DNA of 64,000 nt, taken from positions 19,964,001-20,028,000 of the forward strand of contig NC_043003.1 of the NCBI RefSeq assembly GCF_006345805.1, in the 5' to 3' direction. The notes under the pieces are model-generated. The model searched no databases. It had not been told where the DNA came from and worked only from the letters and a program-made list of their open reading frames with translations. The stretch comes from Octopus sinensis (lineage: Eukaryota). Position 1 is the first letter of the stretch. Each line of letters opens with the position of its first letter. The position numbers and the translations under genes were made by a program. Below are positions 36,105-48,707 of the stretch, in pieces.

Positions 36105-36510
36105 ATTGTACTGTAATGCTATTGGTCCTGATCTAAATTGAATTCACTCTCCCTTCGCCGTCGTGTGGCTTCCTTGTCTCTTTTCTATAAGTATTTTCAT
36201 GGACATTCTTCAGCTGAGCTCTCTTCTTTGGTTCCTCCTTTAAGAACTTATCAGCGATCAACTAGACTTGCATCCAGTTCTCATCAGTATACAGTGCAAC
36301 CTCCTAAGTGTCGTAAAGCATTTTACAGAACCATTTTCTTCCCTCGCACCTCTGAACTTTGGAATTCCCTTCCACAGTGTTGTTTTCCTCTTCAATATGA
36401 CCTCCAGTCTTTTAAGTCTAATGTACATCGTCACCTATTGATTTCTGTCTAGCGTCCATTTTATTCTAACAGCTTTTACGTTTTCAGTGGTCTAAGGACC
36501 TTGTAACGAG
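36105..36510 (+). mobile_element. 5'-truncated CR1/L2-group LINE 3' end
   Basis: SLSLRRRVASLSLFYKYFHGHSS...FFPRTSELWNSLP..CFP..YDLQSFKSNVHRHL* (stop 36452), a typical ORF2 C-terminus. Confidence 0.8.
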
Positions 36511-36555
36511 CGAAAACTTATATGTATATATACATAATTCCCATACACATACATA

Positions 36556-37419
36556 TAAGTTGTTCGGGCTAAATTTGACTGCATAAAAGGAAAAGAAAAC
36601 AATATTCCACTTTAAAATATTTAAAAAATCAAAATATATCAATTAGATTGTGACTAGGCGATAACACTTTACACAAAGTAGCGTCCCTTAGCTTCCACTA
36701 CGACCTCAAGACGGTTCCAGCCTAATGCATGCGTTCCTCATTGTGTTCCTGCGAAGATCTTCGAATACTTCCTTGATGTTGGTCACCAGCTCGGCTTTGA
36801 TGTTTCGGGAAGAGCTGTTGGTGTCTCTCTTAACCGCACCACGTATGTAGTAATCCATGGGATTGAAATCGAGAAAATTAGGAGGCCAGAAGTTGGAGCT
36901 GATGATGTAGAAATTCTTCGACAATCATTTATGACTCTTTCCGGAGTTATGGTAAGGATCCGAATCCTACTGCTACACATATGGTCTTCCAGCAGCAACC
37001 CTCTCCAGCCATCGATTGACCACAATCTCCAGCAGCTTCATATAATTGCCCGAATTGAGCCTAAGGTCCTGTCTAAAGGTGAAACCTGATTTACGAAAGC
37101 AGACAGAATGTTTGCTGTCTCCCTTCTTGCTGGCTACGGTTTCGTAGTCTCCGTTGCAGCAGTCCATGCCACGTCTTGCGGCCTTTACAGAGTGTTGAGA
37201 AACTACCATGACGTCGGCATTTTGACATCCGGCACGAATCATCAGGATACTAGTAACTCTTTTCCAATATTCAGATGACTTCCAGTGCTCCATGTCGGCT
37301 AACGTTTTCTCAGCAACAACATTTATGCTATCCAATGCTGTTGACTATTCACCAAATCGTCAAGCTGTTCCTGAAAATTGGAGACATAAAAGATCGTGAG
37401 ATTTATCCCGAACACCCTG
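36556..37419 (-). mobile_element. Internally deleted Tc1/mariner element, maT (DD37D)-like
   Basis: Imperfect TIRs (taagttgttcgggctaaattt / cagggtgttcgggataaatct) with TA flanks. GRPYV*Q*DS.PYHNSGK...WPPNFLDFNPMDYY gives a D-to-D spacing of 36 as read, with several stops. Confidence 0.8.
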
Positions 37420-37493
37420 TATATGTGTGTGTGTATATATATCTACATACATATATACATATATACATACATACATAAATACATACATACATA

Positions 37494-37547
<54 letters not shown>

Positions 37548-37842
37548 CAGATATATACCTATTTATGCTTATATATATATTTGTGTGTATGTATATACAA
37601 ATGTGTGTGTATATGTACATCCTGTATCTATATACAATATATATATAAACACACATATATATACATATTTATACATATATATATATATATATATATGTGT
37701 ATGTGTGTATATATATATACATACAAACATATACATGTTCATATGCATATATATATATATATATATACGTATATATATAGATCTCTATATTACCTCTATG
37801 CGTATATATATGTATGCGTACATGTATAAGTATATATATATG

Positions 37843-37876
<34 letters not shown>

Positions 37877-38471
37877 AGTGTGTATGCATCTATATATACA
37901 TGTACACACATAAGCATATTCGTATATATATATATATGCATACATATCTATTTATATAAATAAAACTACACACACACTCGTATACACATAGTCACACATA
38001 CACGCAACCCCCACACGTACACACACATCTTACCACGGATATTGTCTTAATAAAGTCTGTGGAATTATTTCCAGCGTATTCCCAATTTCAGTATGAAAGG
38101 ATGCGAATATTCTGCAATATTGCTTTTGTCAATACTTTAAAGAGACATTGTCACGTGATTGTAAAATAACAGTTCTTATTTTTCCAATTGGCTTCTCAAA
38201 ATACAATGGCGTAAATGAAATTAAGTTTATTGCTTCATATCTTCGTCTCTACCTTGGACATTATTGTTAAGTTTTTCTATTGGAGTTTTTTGTTGTTTCT
38301 GAAATATATATATATATCGAAAACAAAGTGTAGTCTGAAACCCGTAGAGACCTACCCTATGTTATGGAAACCGTAAAAAATATATTGTTTTGTTTAGTTT
38401 AAGAATAAGCAAGGAATTAAGCAGTCTCTGAGCGCTATTTATCCTATATAATCACACGTATTACTTATTTT

Positions 38472-38506
38472 ATCATCATCATCATCATCATCATCATCAT
38501 TATCAC

Positions 38507-38592
<86 letters not shown>

Positions 38593-38612
38593 TATTATTA
38601 TTATTATTATTT
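38472..38612. repeat. (CAT)n(ATT)n array
   Basis: Read directly. Confidence 0.95.
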
Positions 38613-39534
38613 TAAGTTTGTAGCTAATGTAATTTCGCCAAGCGAAACCAATAAATAGTTTGGTTATTTGACAAAAGACTAGAAAGACAAATTGTCAGAC
38701 AATGAAAATAGGATTATTATGGATATCTCAACTGACATTTCTCATTAGAATCAGAGCCCTTGATTAACGGCGCCAAAATCTCAGAAAAAAACTGGAAAGG
38801 AAAAAACGAAAGAGAAAAAAAAGGAAAGCAATGGAAACACGGACGACAATAACAAAGTAGACTCCACAGTGAATTCAACTGTTTTAAATTGTTTGAATGA
38901 TATACATTATCCAATGTCTATTCTTCTCTTTGGATAGAAAGGTGTGATTTGAGTGAGAAATTTGGCTGCTATATTTAACAGGTCAATGATCGCGTAGAAG
39001 GATTCCTCGTTGACTCGTTAGGTGAAACACTCTTGAATATCGAAAAAAAGTACTCTAACGTTTTCATGAATTCGTTAATAAACTGGTGCAAATCGACTGA
39101 GATATTCGTCCGAAGATAACATTTCTTACGGACGTGCTATGTTTAAAAACACAATATACATCGACGGAAGACGAAAACCGTTCCGGCAGCGGTTAGTAAG
39201 AACGCCAGGTGAATTTCTACTCGTTGGACTATTTAATTCAATACTTCTTCTGTTGCATATACCAGGTATATACATATAAGTAAACACATAATTTTTAGTC
39301 TAATATATTTTGAATTACTATACTTTTTCTATAAATCTTTTCTATTGGTGTTAATAAGTTACATATACTTTACCATAGTATTAGTAATTAAGCTATTTTA
39401 TTCCTTTCTATGATGTTCTACTCTATTTGATTATTTTATTTCATTTCTTTATTATTTTATAATTCGACTTTATTTATTCATAAAATTTAGCTAATCTTTG
39501 TATCTCTATAAATTCATACTTAGCTTATATAAAA

Positions 39535-39537
39535 CTA

Positions 39538-39593
<56 letters not shown>

Positions 39594-39650
39594 TCACTGC
39601 CTGGAATCGAACTCGGAATCGTGGGGTTAGTAGCCTGCGCTCTTAATCAC
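39535..39650 (-). mobile_element. Inverted partial duplicate of the adjacent tRNA-like head plus its (TAA)n
   Basis: Minus strand gtgattaagagcgcaggctactaaccccacgattccgagttcgattccaggcagtgacctga(ata)n mirrors 39665-39740. Confidence 0.85.
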
Positions 39651-39723
39651 GGGCATATTGCGTAGTGTTTAAGAGCGCAGGCTACTAACCCCAATATTCC
39701 GAGTTCCATTCCAAGTGACCTGC

Positions 39724-39802
<79 letters not shown>

Positions 39803-39990
39803 TAATAACATCGAAAAATACCTTAGGAATGAGAACCCAGGTTCGAAATTTCCCCAAGACACCTGATGAAGGTTGGAGGGTATATCAGTCGAAACGTTGT
39901 GTTAACAACAAACAAGGTGAGGACAAATACCCGTCAAATGTAAATAATGTAAATAATGTACATAATACCTCATCTCTTAAATATAGAACT
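39651..39990 (+). mobile_element. Composite element: tRNA-like Pol III head + (TAA)n + hammerhead-containing 3' domain
   Basis: A box tagtgtttaag (39663), B box gagttccattcc (39701; gagttcgattcc in the mirror copy), (TAA)n 39724-39808, hammerhead 39858-39903, AT-rich end. Confidence 0.7.
39858..39903 (+). ncRNA. Minimal type I hammerhead ribozyme, canonical core
   Basis: gacac-CTGATGA-a-ggttg-gagggtatat-cagtc-GAAA-cg-TT-gtgtt: 5-bp stem I, 5-bp stem II (two G-U), ACGU stem III. Confidence 0.8.
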
Positions 39991-40679
39991 GTATAACGAT
40001 TCTTATTTAAATCTACCAAGTTTTATAACCATTTGAGGAAGAAAATAATTATTCTAGTATAGAGTGTCAAGGTGCAGCTCTAAGCTCTGCAATTCGTTTT
40101 CCAGTTTCCGATTGTAACCAATTCACATCCATTAGAGCAGTAACGTAGTTGAAAATGGAATCAACGTCACAAAATCATATTTCCTGCTTTCCTGAACAAA
40201 GAAAAGAAAAAAAAAAGAGAAAAATAAAGAAACACGAGGTCGTATGTCTTATGTTAGAAATCAGTATTTTGATATTAGTGGAATGGCATTACAAACGAAA
40301 AGTATAGTTCATGGAATAGAAACGGTAACCTTTAAAGCCGGTTCATGTCTAAGAAAATGTCAATATCTGTGAGAGAAATCATTCCTGTTTGGCGATAGAG
40401 GTTAGACATTTCATTAAGTAGACAACCATCTCGTTAGAACTATCACAGCAACAGCTGACACAGGCTGTCATAGATGCGAACATTCTAAACGGGCGCCTGA
40501 ATCGATCAAGAGGTGTCAATAATTCTACGTGATTGGAAATGGAAATGTCAGTCTGATAGAAAGGAAACTTGGAACTTGGAAAAACGATAATGTACTAATG
40601 TAAAGCTATTGGGAAATTGGAATTTCACAGTGAAAATTACTTTTGATTACTTATTTTTATTTCTGTATGTGTCTCTCTG

Positions 40680-40720
<41 letters not shown>

Positions 40721-41223
40721 GCGTGTGCATGTTTATACAGCTTTGTTGTGATCCCTCTAATACATGTTAGCTGTCTTAATATATCTTGCCACATGGCATC
40801 GAATACTTTTCCAAGTCGCAAAGCCTTGCAGGGCTGTTTATTTTGCACCTTCGGTGTTCGTAGACATTAGACAGTCCGGAGCCATGATATAAGGCACTTA
40901 TTCCAGATACCGTACAGTGGGATCGAACCCCGAGTCACATGGTTTCTAAATGAACGCCTTTTCCACAAAACCAATATCAGCGTGGAATTTTCAGGTTGTA
41001 GAAAGGGAAATCGTGGCTGGAATCGATCGAATTTCTCATCGTTTTACGGCAGTGCACCATGAAACCGTGACGCCAACTATGGAGTGAGCTTAGTGAAGTG
41101 TTTCATCTAAAATATAAAATAATTAAAGATATTCGTTATTAGTAACGGAAGCAGTATTGGTTGGGAATAGCATTCTGTATATCGTACTTAACGTGCATAT
41201 ACTATAGAAAGCCACATTACAAT

Positions 41224-41387
41224 ATTCGTCTTGAGAAAGTGTTTCGGATAGACGTATAGTGCTAAAAAGCACTGGTGTGCTTCACTAGTCGACAAACACC
41301 GCTGCCACTGGACGTTTTTGTATACTACTGATATTTCTGAGCTTTTTAACACTATACGTCTATACGAGAAGCTTTCTCAAGACGAAT
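41224..41387. mobile_element. 164-bp MITE-like inverted repeat with ~47-bp arms
   Basis: attcgtcttgagaaag...atagacgtatagtg(c/t)taaaaagc and its reverse complement; no target duplication seen. Confidence 0.6.
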
Positions 41388-41541
41388 GCCGCAATTTTAT
41401 AGCTTTCACGTTAATCCATTAAGTGCCAGAGTACTTAAATTTCTGAATATTACTTTTAAATTTTCACAGATGATTGAAATTAGGTTAAAACGAAAAACAT
41501 CGATTACTAAAACTCCTTTACTTCAAGTAGAAATGGAAATA

Positions 41542-41627
41542 CACGGTGTCCTATAAATAAGACACTGGGACAATGTGATATAGCTTACTCGATGTTGTCA
41601 TTTAGTATTCTATTTATAGGACAGTGG
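41542..41627. mobile_element. Tiny Tc1/mariner-type MITE remnant
   Basis: ta-cacggtgtcctataaata ... tatttataggacagtg. Confidence 0.45.
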
Positions 41628-43358
41628 GACTTGAGATTTATTAAATAAGATATAAAAATTGCAATTGAAATATGTCTTTGGTAAGAAATACAAAGCTTCG
41701 CTCATGAAAGCATCTGAACTATCAATGTACTAATACATCGGTCCACCATTTTGTCCTGTACACAATCAATCCACTCAACTGTTCATGCTATCTGTCTCTA
41801 AGCATAAACTTACGCACGCGCACACACATACCTGCGCATACATACAGATCCACTCGCAATCATACACGTATCTTTGTGAGAGGATCTGTATGTATATATA
41901 GTCTTTAACCCATGTACAAACGTATACAGCTTCGAAAGCGTTCGTACAAATACAAAACTCATTGAATTACGCATAGATACAACAAACAGGCGTGCTAACA
42001 CTATCGCAAAGATACCGACGCATACATATGCATTCATTCAGACACAAACACACACTTAAAAATACATAGATTCAATACATTCATGTAATATATCACACAC
42101 ACACATAAATACCCACATCAAAACGAGGAAACGATGAAACGAATGAACAAATAAATAGTACATATTCATAAATTCGCACATGCGCATACATGGGCAAATA
42201 CATGCATATCTAAACACGACTGTACACATCAAGAAACACATATAGCCTCGGGCGTACGCACACTTTATGAGATTTGTAGAAACACACATATACACACACA
42301 CACACACACGCATATATATCTTCACACATTCGTGTGTATGTATATACATGTGTGTATACGTATGCACATACACGAAAATTATCTAAAGTAAAACTCAAAA
42401 ACGATTTCTCCTTCTAGTGTAAAATTTATAATTAGCTACTGATAAATTATTAGTGTTATGAAAGTAATTAATTTTACAATTAGAGAAATAGCCGATTACC
42501 AGCACTATTATTATTACAGTTATTTTATTGGTTAATTTCGAATATTTTTTTGACGGTTTTATTTTTTATTACCTAATTTTCATCGCACAGTCGAGCGCGA
42601 CTCTATACGCCTTGGGTGTATGTTATGTTTTATTGAATACTGAATGTATTGGCAATACTCTATGCGATACGTACGCGTGCGCAGGCGCAGTGTACTGTAG
42701 TGCCATATTCTGTGTACTTCTGTTTGTTTAAAAACTAGGGATTTGGGGTATGTATTTGTCTGTATGTTTGTTTTCATTCCGCCTCCTCCTCCTCCTCTTC
42801 TTCTTCCTCTGTGTGTGCGTGTGTGCTTTCGTGTGTTGTGTGTGTATGCGCGCGCGCAGAGGTATGAATGTACATCTAAGCACACATACCCACTCGTATA
42901 AGTACGGATGCATACACCCAGATATAATGGTATATACATATATGTACAGTATATACAATATATACAGCCACATCTACCGCCCTTCCTACCCCCCTGCCAA
43001 GCACACGAACGATTTCTTGCCCACTACTCGGTATTTCCTGTTCACCATGAGGTATTTTATAACTAACTGTTGTCGCTGAAATACCGACATCAAACTGCTA
43101 TGCCGCGTGTTCTTTCTCGACCAATCGCAGGTTTTCGCATCATATTCTGCATTGAAATGTAAAAGCTGCAACAATTGATAGAAGAATGACCAGGGCCCTC
43201 TCGATGTGGCTGTCCCAGCAACTAACAAGACACAAATAATGGAGTTTTAGCAACCTTAACTTAATTTTTTCAATAAACACAAAGTATTTCGTTCATCTTT
43301 TAAAAATCAATGTAATAACCATTAACTCTCTTCAATCGAACTCTCATTCAGACCCCAA

Positions 43359-43398
43359 TGGCCGAAGACTAGCCACACGCTTGAAACTCAGAATACCA
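43359..43398 (+). ncRNA. Decayed type I hammerhead motif, homolog of 52054-52094
   Basis: TGG-CCGAAGA-ctagccacacgctt-GAAA-ctcagaa-TA-CCA, followed by agaagtctgaatcaaactg, which matches 52095-52113. Confidence 0.5.
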
Positions 43399-43814
43399 AG
43401 AAGTCTGAATCAAACTGCATATATATACTCACGTGCTTTCGCGCGTGTTATGACATATACTGTAGCAAAAGGTTTTGACGAATTAACCTCATGGAGAAAA
43501 AGGCTTTTGAAAATAATCGGTGGTTATATACTCTTCCAACAAACGCTAAATAGTTTTTGAACTTTGGATGTCATTTCGTTTGCCAGACAGCTATATGGAA
43601 GCAGAAAGGACGTACGCTTGCCAGAAAGACTCGAACATAAAACACCTTTAATTTCTCCATCATATATATCCATCTATTCTCACAGCCCTTTGACCCTCCC
43701 AGGAGGGCCATGGGTGTAGAGTCCTCCTCACCTGAGAAGCAAATGTCATGAGACTTTGGTTTTTTTTTTTCAATTCCCAGTCATTAATGGTTGTTCCCTC
43801 CTGAATCCGCCTCG

Positions 43815-44160
43815 GGGTGCTGGGATAAAAAAAAGCCTGGTACTTATTCTGTCGGGTCTTTTGCTGAACCACTAAATTACGGGGATGTAAACACACCGAC
43901 ATTGGTTATCAAGCGGTGGTGGGGGTTAAATCCAGACACAAAGACACACACAGACACAGACCCACACAGACTCACCCACACAGACACACAAACACACATG
44001 CACACACGCACACAAACACACGACGGGCTTCCTTCAGTGTCCTAACAAGTTCAATCACAAGCCTTTGGTCTACCGAAGCTATAGCAGAAGACACCTGCCC
44101 TAGGTTCCACGCAGTGGAACTGAACTAGGAACTACATGGTTGGGAAGCAAGCTTCTTTAT
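43815..44160 (-). mobile_element. SINE family B, old copy
   Basis: ggtacttattctgtcgg...gaaccactaaattacgggg...(CA)n...gaagacacctgccc...aagcaagcttct. Confidence 0.8.
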
Positions 44161-44839
44161 TTCATTAAATTGGCTATGAAAGCCGTACACAGATAGAAAA
44201 GCTACGGGCTGGGCAAAGTCCTTAATAAGATGAATGATGAACAGAATAATATTAATAAGAGAAGGCAAAAGACACCCGCCGATCTTTGCTTCTCTAAAAC
44301 ATTGTTCTTTTGTGAACTTACAATTTGAAGCAATAAACCTTTTCCCAATATTTCTTTTGGACTAAAGGTCCTTACAATGAGGCACTAAGCCTCTTACCTC
44401 AAATGACACCATGTCCTTGAAATGAGGCACTTGGCCTCTTGCAATTTTTTCTTATGAGTCATATGCCCTTTCATTATGGGGCACTCATCCTCTTACTTTT
44501 ACAATTTTCCGCCCTGCTGGCAACCAACCCGGCGTGAAGTGTCACTCACTGGCGGGCCGGGAATCTAGCTTCTTACCACACAGTCACGCCAGGTGGAGAC
44601 TGCAATACATTTTTTGGACGGACCCTTCTGCCTTTTCCGAACGCGTCCCTTGTTAACAAGTGTGACGGACGATGCAGTATAGTTCTGTTCTTGAACCCTC
44701 CTTTCATATCGCAGTTTTTGGTGGTCGTATTCCGCGCTAGGAACCAAGCTAATTTTTATATTTGACCCATGAATCTCTATCATTCGGATCAGCTAATTAG
44801 TTTTCTATCATAAAAAATGACAGCGGAGAACTCAATTTA

Positions 44840-45357
44840 CCGTAAATCCTCGAGTATAATCCACATTTTTTTCTTAAAATTTAAAGGTCAAAATCCCTAG
44901 TGCATACTGTATACGAGGTTAAAAATGAAAAATATCTTCTAAGCAATGTCCGAATCTCTATTTGCTTTCGTGCAATGTTTATTTAGACGCATTTTGTGAT
45001 GTCAGGCGCGAAAATACCTTAAGCTAAGCCTGAAAGCAATGAATTCATAAAAGAATCATCCATAACTTGCAGTAAGCAACATTTATTAAACGTTATTACT
45101 GTTATTTCTTTATTTTCTGCAAACAAAATGCACAAAAAAGCTACATGTTTGCATTATGTTATATATACAATAATAATAAAGGACATTACCGTATACACTT
45201 TTACAAACCAAGGACGTTATATATACCTCCTTGACTCAAGTTAGAGAAGGGGTGCGTATTATACACAAGGTCTAGGTTTTTCAGAGGTACAGCCCCCCCC
45301 CCCTAAAAATCTCCCGCGTATTATACTCAAGTGCGGTTTATACTCGAGGATTTACGG
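44840..45357. mobile_element. Non-autonomous Tc2/pogo-like DNA transposon (518 bp)
   Basis: Perfect 20-bp TIR ccgtaaatcctcgagtataa / ttatactcgaggatttacgg with TA on both sides; the subfamily call rests on recalled CCGTA ends. Confidence 0.85.
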
Positions 45358-45699
45358 TATATTCTTAGTAATCTACGCGTATAGGAGTCATGTGCATGGT
45401 AATATTTTTCAAAGTTTGATTGAATTCGGCTTTGGAGTTCTAGGTATTGATAGTGACCTGAAAGCTAAAAATCTGTACTTCGAGCTAAGAAGGAGGACTG
45501 TACGTGGTCGCTGGCCTTCTAGAAATTATAGCCAAATCTTTCTCAAATTACATTCTACAAACTTAACCCCCACCCCAGAATGCTGCAATGGATAATGTGG
45601 TTGTATTAATGTACGCGCTATATAGGGATGTAAAGGAAGAGATGGTCTTAGTTGGAAGGCTTTTGATCATAGATTTGCCCACCTAGGACCGATCTGGAT

Positions 45700-45782
45700 T
45701 TAAACATCATCATTCCCCTTCTCCTCATCGTTACCACCACCATCATCCTCCACCACCGTCATCGTCATCGGTGATGTGTGCG

Positions 45783-45815
<33 letters not shown>

Positions 45816-46096
45816 AGAGCAACAACAGCGACAAGAGCAACAAGAACAAAAGTAAAAACAACAATAACAGCAACAACAGAAGCAGCTTCAGCAAACACCA
45901 CCACCACCACCACCACCACCAGCACCACCACCAGCAGCACCACCGCCACCACCAGCACCACCACCAGCACCAGCACCAGCAGTTCCAATAGCAGTTCCGA
46001 AATTTGGCATTGAGGATTATGATAAAAAATTATAGGCTCAGCTCATATCGTTTTGCAGAAGTAGCAGCAGCAGCAGTAGTAGTAGAGTAGTAGTAA

Positions 46097-46130
<34 letters not shown>

Positions 46131-46140
46131 TGTTGTTGTT
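45700..46140. repeat. Compound trinucleotide block (CAT/CAA/CAC/CAG/TAG/TTG)
   Basis: Read directly; it explains the low-complexity ORFs at 45700-46013. Confidence 0.9.
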
Positions 46141-46392
46141 GCCCTGTCATAAGTCATTCTTGATAAGGTAGGCGTATGGTCAAAGCATATGAGAGTCATG
46201 ACGATTCTGCATTTCATTCAGGCATAGTGTATCTAGGATTACATTATGCAACGTGTCCTTCAGTTGGCTGTGATATGGGGACGATAATCTGACCTCGATT
46301 TTTAACAGGTCGAATGAGCTCCTCTCACTACCACCACGTCGTTGTGTTGCAAATGTAGAGAGAGAGAGACCTTCTATTTAAGTAGTTACAGT

Positions 46393-46760
46393 AACACACC
46401 AGAAAGAATGGAAGCAGCGAAGTACAATAAACGAAAGAAGTACAATAAAAGAAAGAAGAAAGAAAAAAAACTGAAACAGTAACAATCACGATAACTACAT
46501 AAAGATAAGCGAGCGGAAGTAACAAACACAAAAAGAGCAAGAACATCAACAGCAGCACACACAAAAGAAACAAACACAAAAAAAGCAGAAGAGCAACGAT
46601 GACGATAACACACCGTAAAGAATGGAAGCAGCGAAGTAAAATAAAACGTAAATGAAAAAGAAAAAGACTGACACAATAGCAATTACGAAAACAATACGAA
46701 GATAACCGAGCGGCAGTAACAAAAACAACAACAACAACAACGACGGCAACGACAACAACA
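46393..46760 (+). repeat. Diverged tandem duplication, period ~214 bp, A-rich
   Basis: aacacacc(a/g)..aaagaatggaagcagcgaagta at 46393 and 46607. Confidence 0.75.
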
Positions 46761-47001
46761 ACAATAGTTACAACAACGTTAATGATGATGACGATGACGA
46801 CGAAATATTCATCAAAATTGAAAAGCCGGTTGACTTTGTTGAAATGTCCGTCAAATCATTCTGATGTCCTGATGCAGAAGTGTATATATGCGTATGTGTA
46901 GGGATTTGAATGTAAAATACCATATGAAGAGAGGTGGGGCTGTAATCTTGCGGAAACAAACACATGGTACAAATTCGTGGAAGTATATATATATATATAT
47001 A

Positions 47002-47204
47002 GTGACCGCGTGTGTATTGTTGGCGATTTTCTTTCTCCGTCTTCCCTTCTTTGGACTTTTTCTATATTTCTGATGAAGAGCTCCGCTCGAAACGGGAAAT
47101 CCTCTTTCTTTTCTTTCCTTTCCTGAGCGTCTAATAACACTGTAGTTATTCAACGTCCTCACGTTGTTGTTTTTTCTTCTTGCTTGTTCATGTTTGGATT
47201 GACT
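47002..47204 (+). mobile_element. P1 hammerhead element, copy 3, between (TA)n tracts
   Basis: Aligns end to end with 5244-5450. Confidence 0.75.
47066..47100 (+). ncRNA. Inactivated hammerhead (P1 copy 3)
   Basis: attt-CTGATGA-a-gagc-tcc-gctc-GAAA-cg-GG-aaat: the cleavage-site UH is replaced by GG. Confidence 0.55.
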
Positions 47205-47222
47205 ATATATATATATATATTT

Positions 47223-47566
47223 GAGACCCCCTTCGGTCACGACACAGACCATGGGATTGCACCTAGAAAGTTACCTTCCCAGGCATAAATCCGGGCAAGG
47301 TTGTTTATGGAAGATCAGCAGTCGCCCATGCATACCGGCCTCCCCTCTTCACGCCACCAGTGTTAACCAAGAGAAAGGCAAAGGCCGATAAGACTTGGCA
47401 CCAGTGACGTTGCATCTCATTTCTACAGCTGAGTGAACTGGAGCAACGTGAAATAAGTGTCTTGCTCAAGACACTTTATTTTAACACGCAGCCTGGTCCG
47501 GGATTCGAGCTCACAACCTTACGATCGTAATCTCTACGCTTTAACCACTGAGCCATGCGCCTTCAC
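47223..47566 (-). mobile_element. SINE family C (tail type 2)
   Basis: Minus strand gtgaaggcgcatggctcagtggttaaagcg...gagttcactcagctgtagaaatgag...ggtgcaatcccatgg...gaagggggtctc. Confidence 0.85.
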
Positions 47567-48596
47567 ACACACACACACACACATATCGTAGTCCCCAACC
47601 TTTGATACTAAATATTTTGATGAAAGGCTAAAGTCAGACAAGAATATGGAGGTAGGTCGGTCGATGGTCGGTCGTTGTGAGAGTAAACAATGAGAAAGTA
47701 GGACGTAAGCAAATCATATCGGAAATGAATAAGCAGCTAAGACATAAAATACTCTTGTGAATAAATGAAACTGACAGATAGGATGACGAATTAACTACAC
47801 ATAAGCGATGTTTCATAGCTTGATCGATTTATTTATAAAACATTAATGACTAGAATTTGATGGATCAAGCACATACTTATCATTTTCAATTTCTGTTCAT
47901 TATTGAAGAAGAAAAAAATATTTGATTAAAAATTGGCAAATAGTTTTCTCTCCAATGTTATATTTGGAAAATAAGAAGACAAAGAAGCAGAGAAGGAAAA
48001 AAAAGGACAAAAAGAAATGTTTTTTCATTGATGTAAAATTTATGGAATATATTAATGTGAATATTTAAACAGGCACAGATGTGGTTGCCTGGTCAAGAAG
48101 TTCACTTAGTAACCACATGGTTGTAGGTTCAAGATGAGTCTTCGAAGACAGTTGCTCCCATAAATACCAAAATAAAATTTTGGATTTATGGAGGGTCAAA
48201 GTTGGGAACAAAAACAAGGCAGTGAAGATATGCTACGAAACCGACCGAAAACAAACATGGAGGGTCGTTAGACAAGAACGAGGCTAAAATAGCGAATGCT
48301 AGAGAAATATTTTCTTTGAAAAGAGAAAATACAGAAGAGAGAGATAGTAGACGTCCAATCCTGAAGGAAAAGAAAGATGATCATATGAGGAAAAGAAAGA
48401 TAGACGATGGTCACGTGTGAACAACAAGAGAGAGAGAAAAAGAAAAAGTGGGAGAGAGAGAGAGAGAGTGAAACAGAGAGAAGGAGAGAGAGAGAGGGAG
48501 ACAGAGAGAGAGAGAGAGAGACAGATAGATAGAAAACGGCGAAGGAGAGAAAAAGGGAATTAGAGAAAAGGATGTATATATGTATATATATATATA

Positions 48597-48642
<46 letters not shown>

Positions 48643-48666
48643 ATATATATTATATATATATATATA

Positions 48667-48707
<41 letters not shown>

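Noticed and set aside
44565-44783. 72-aa ORF MIEIHGS...KGPSKKC
   Set aside because: No recognisable domain, no convincing splice-site pair, and its end runs into a SINE B head fragment.
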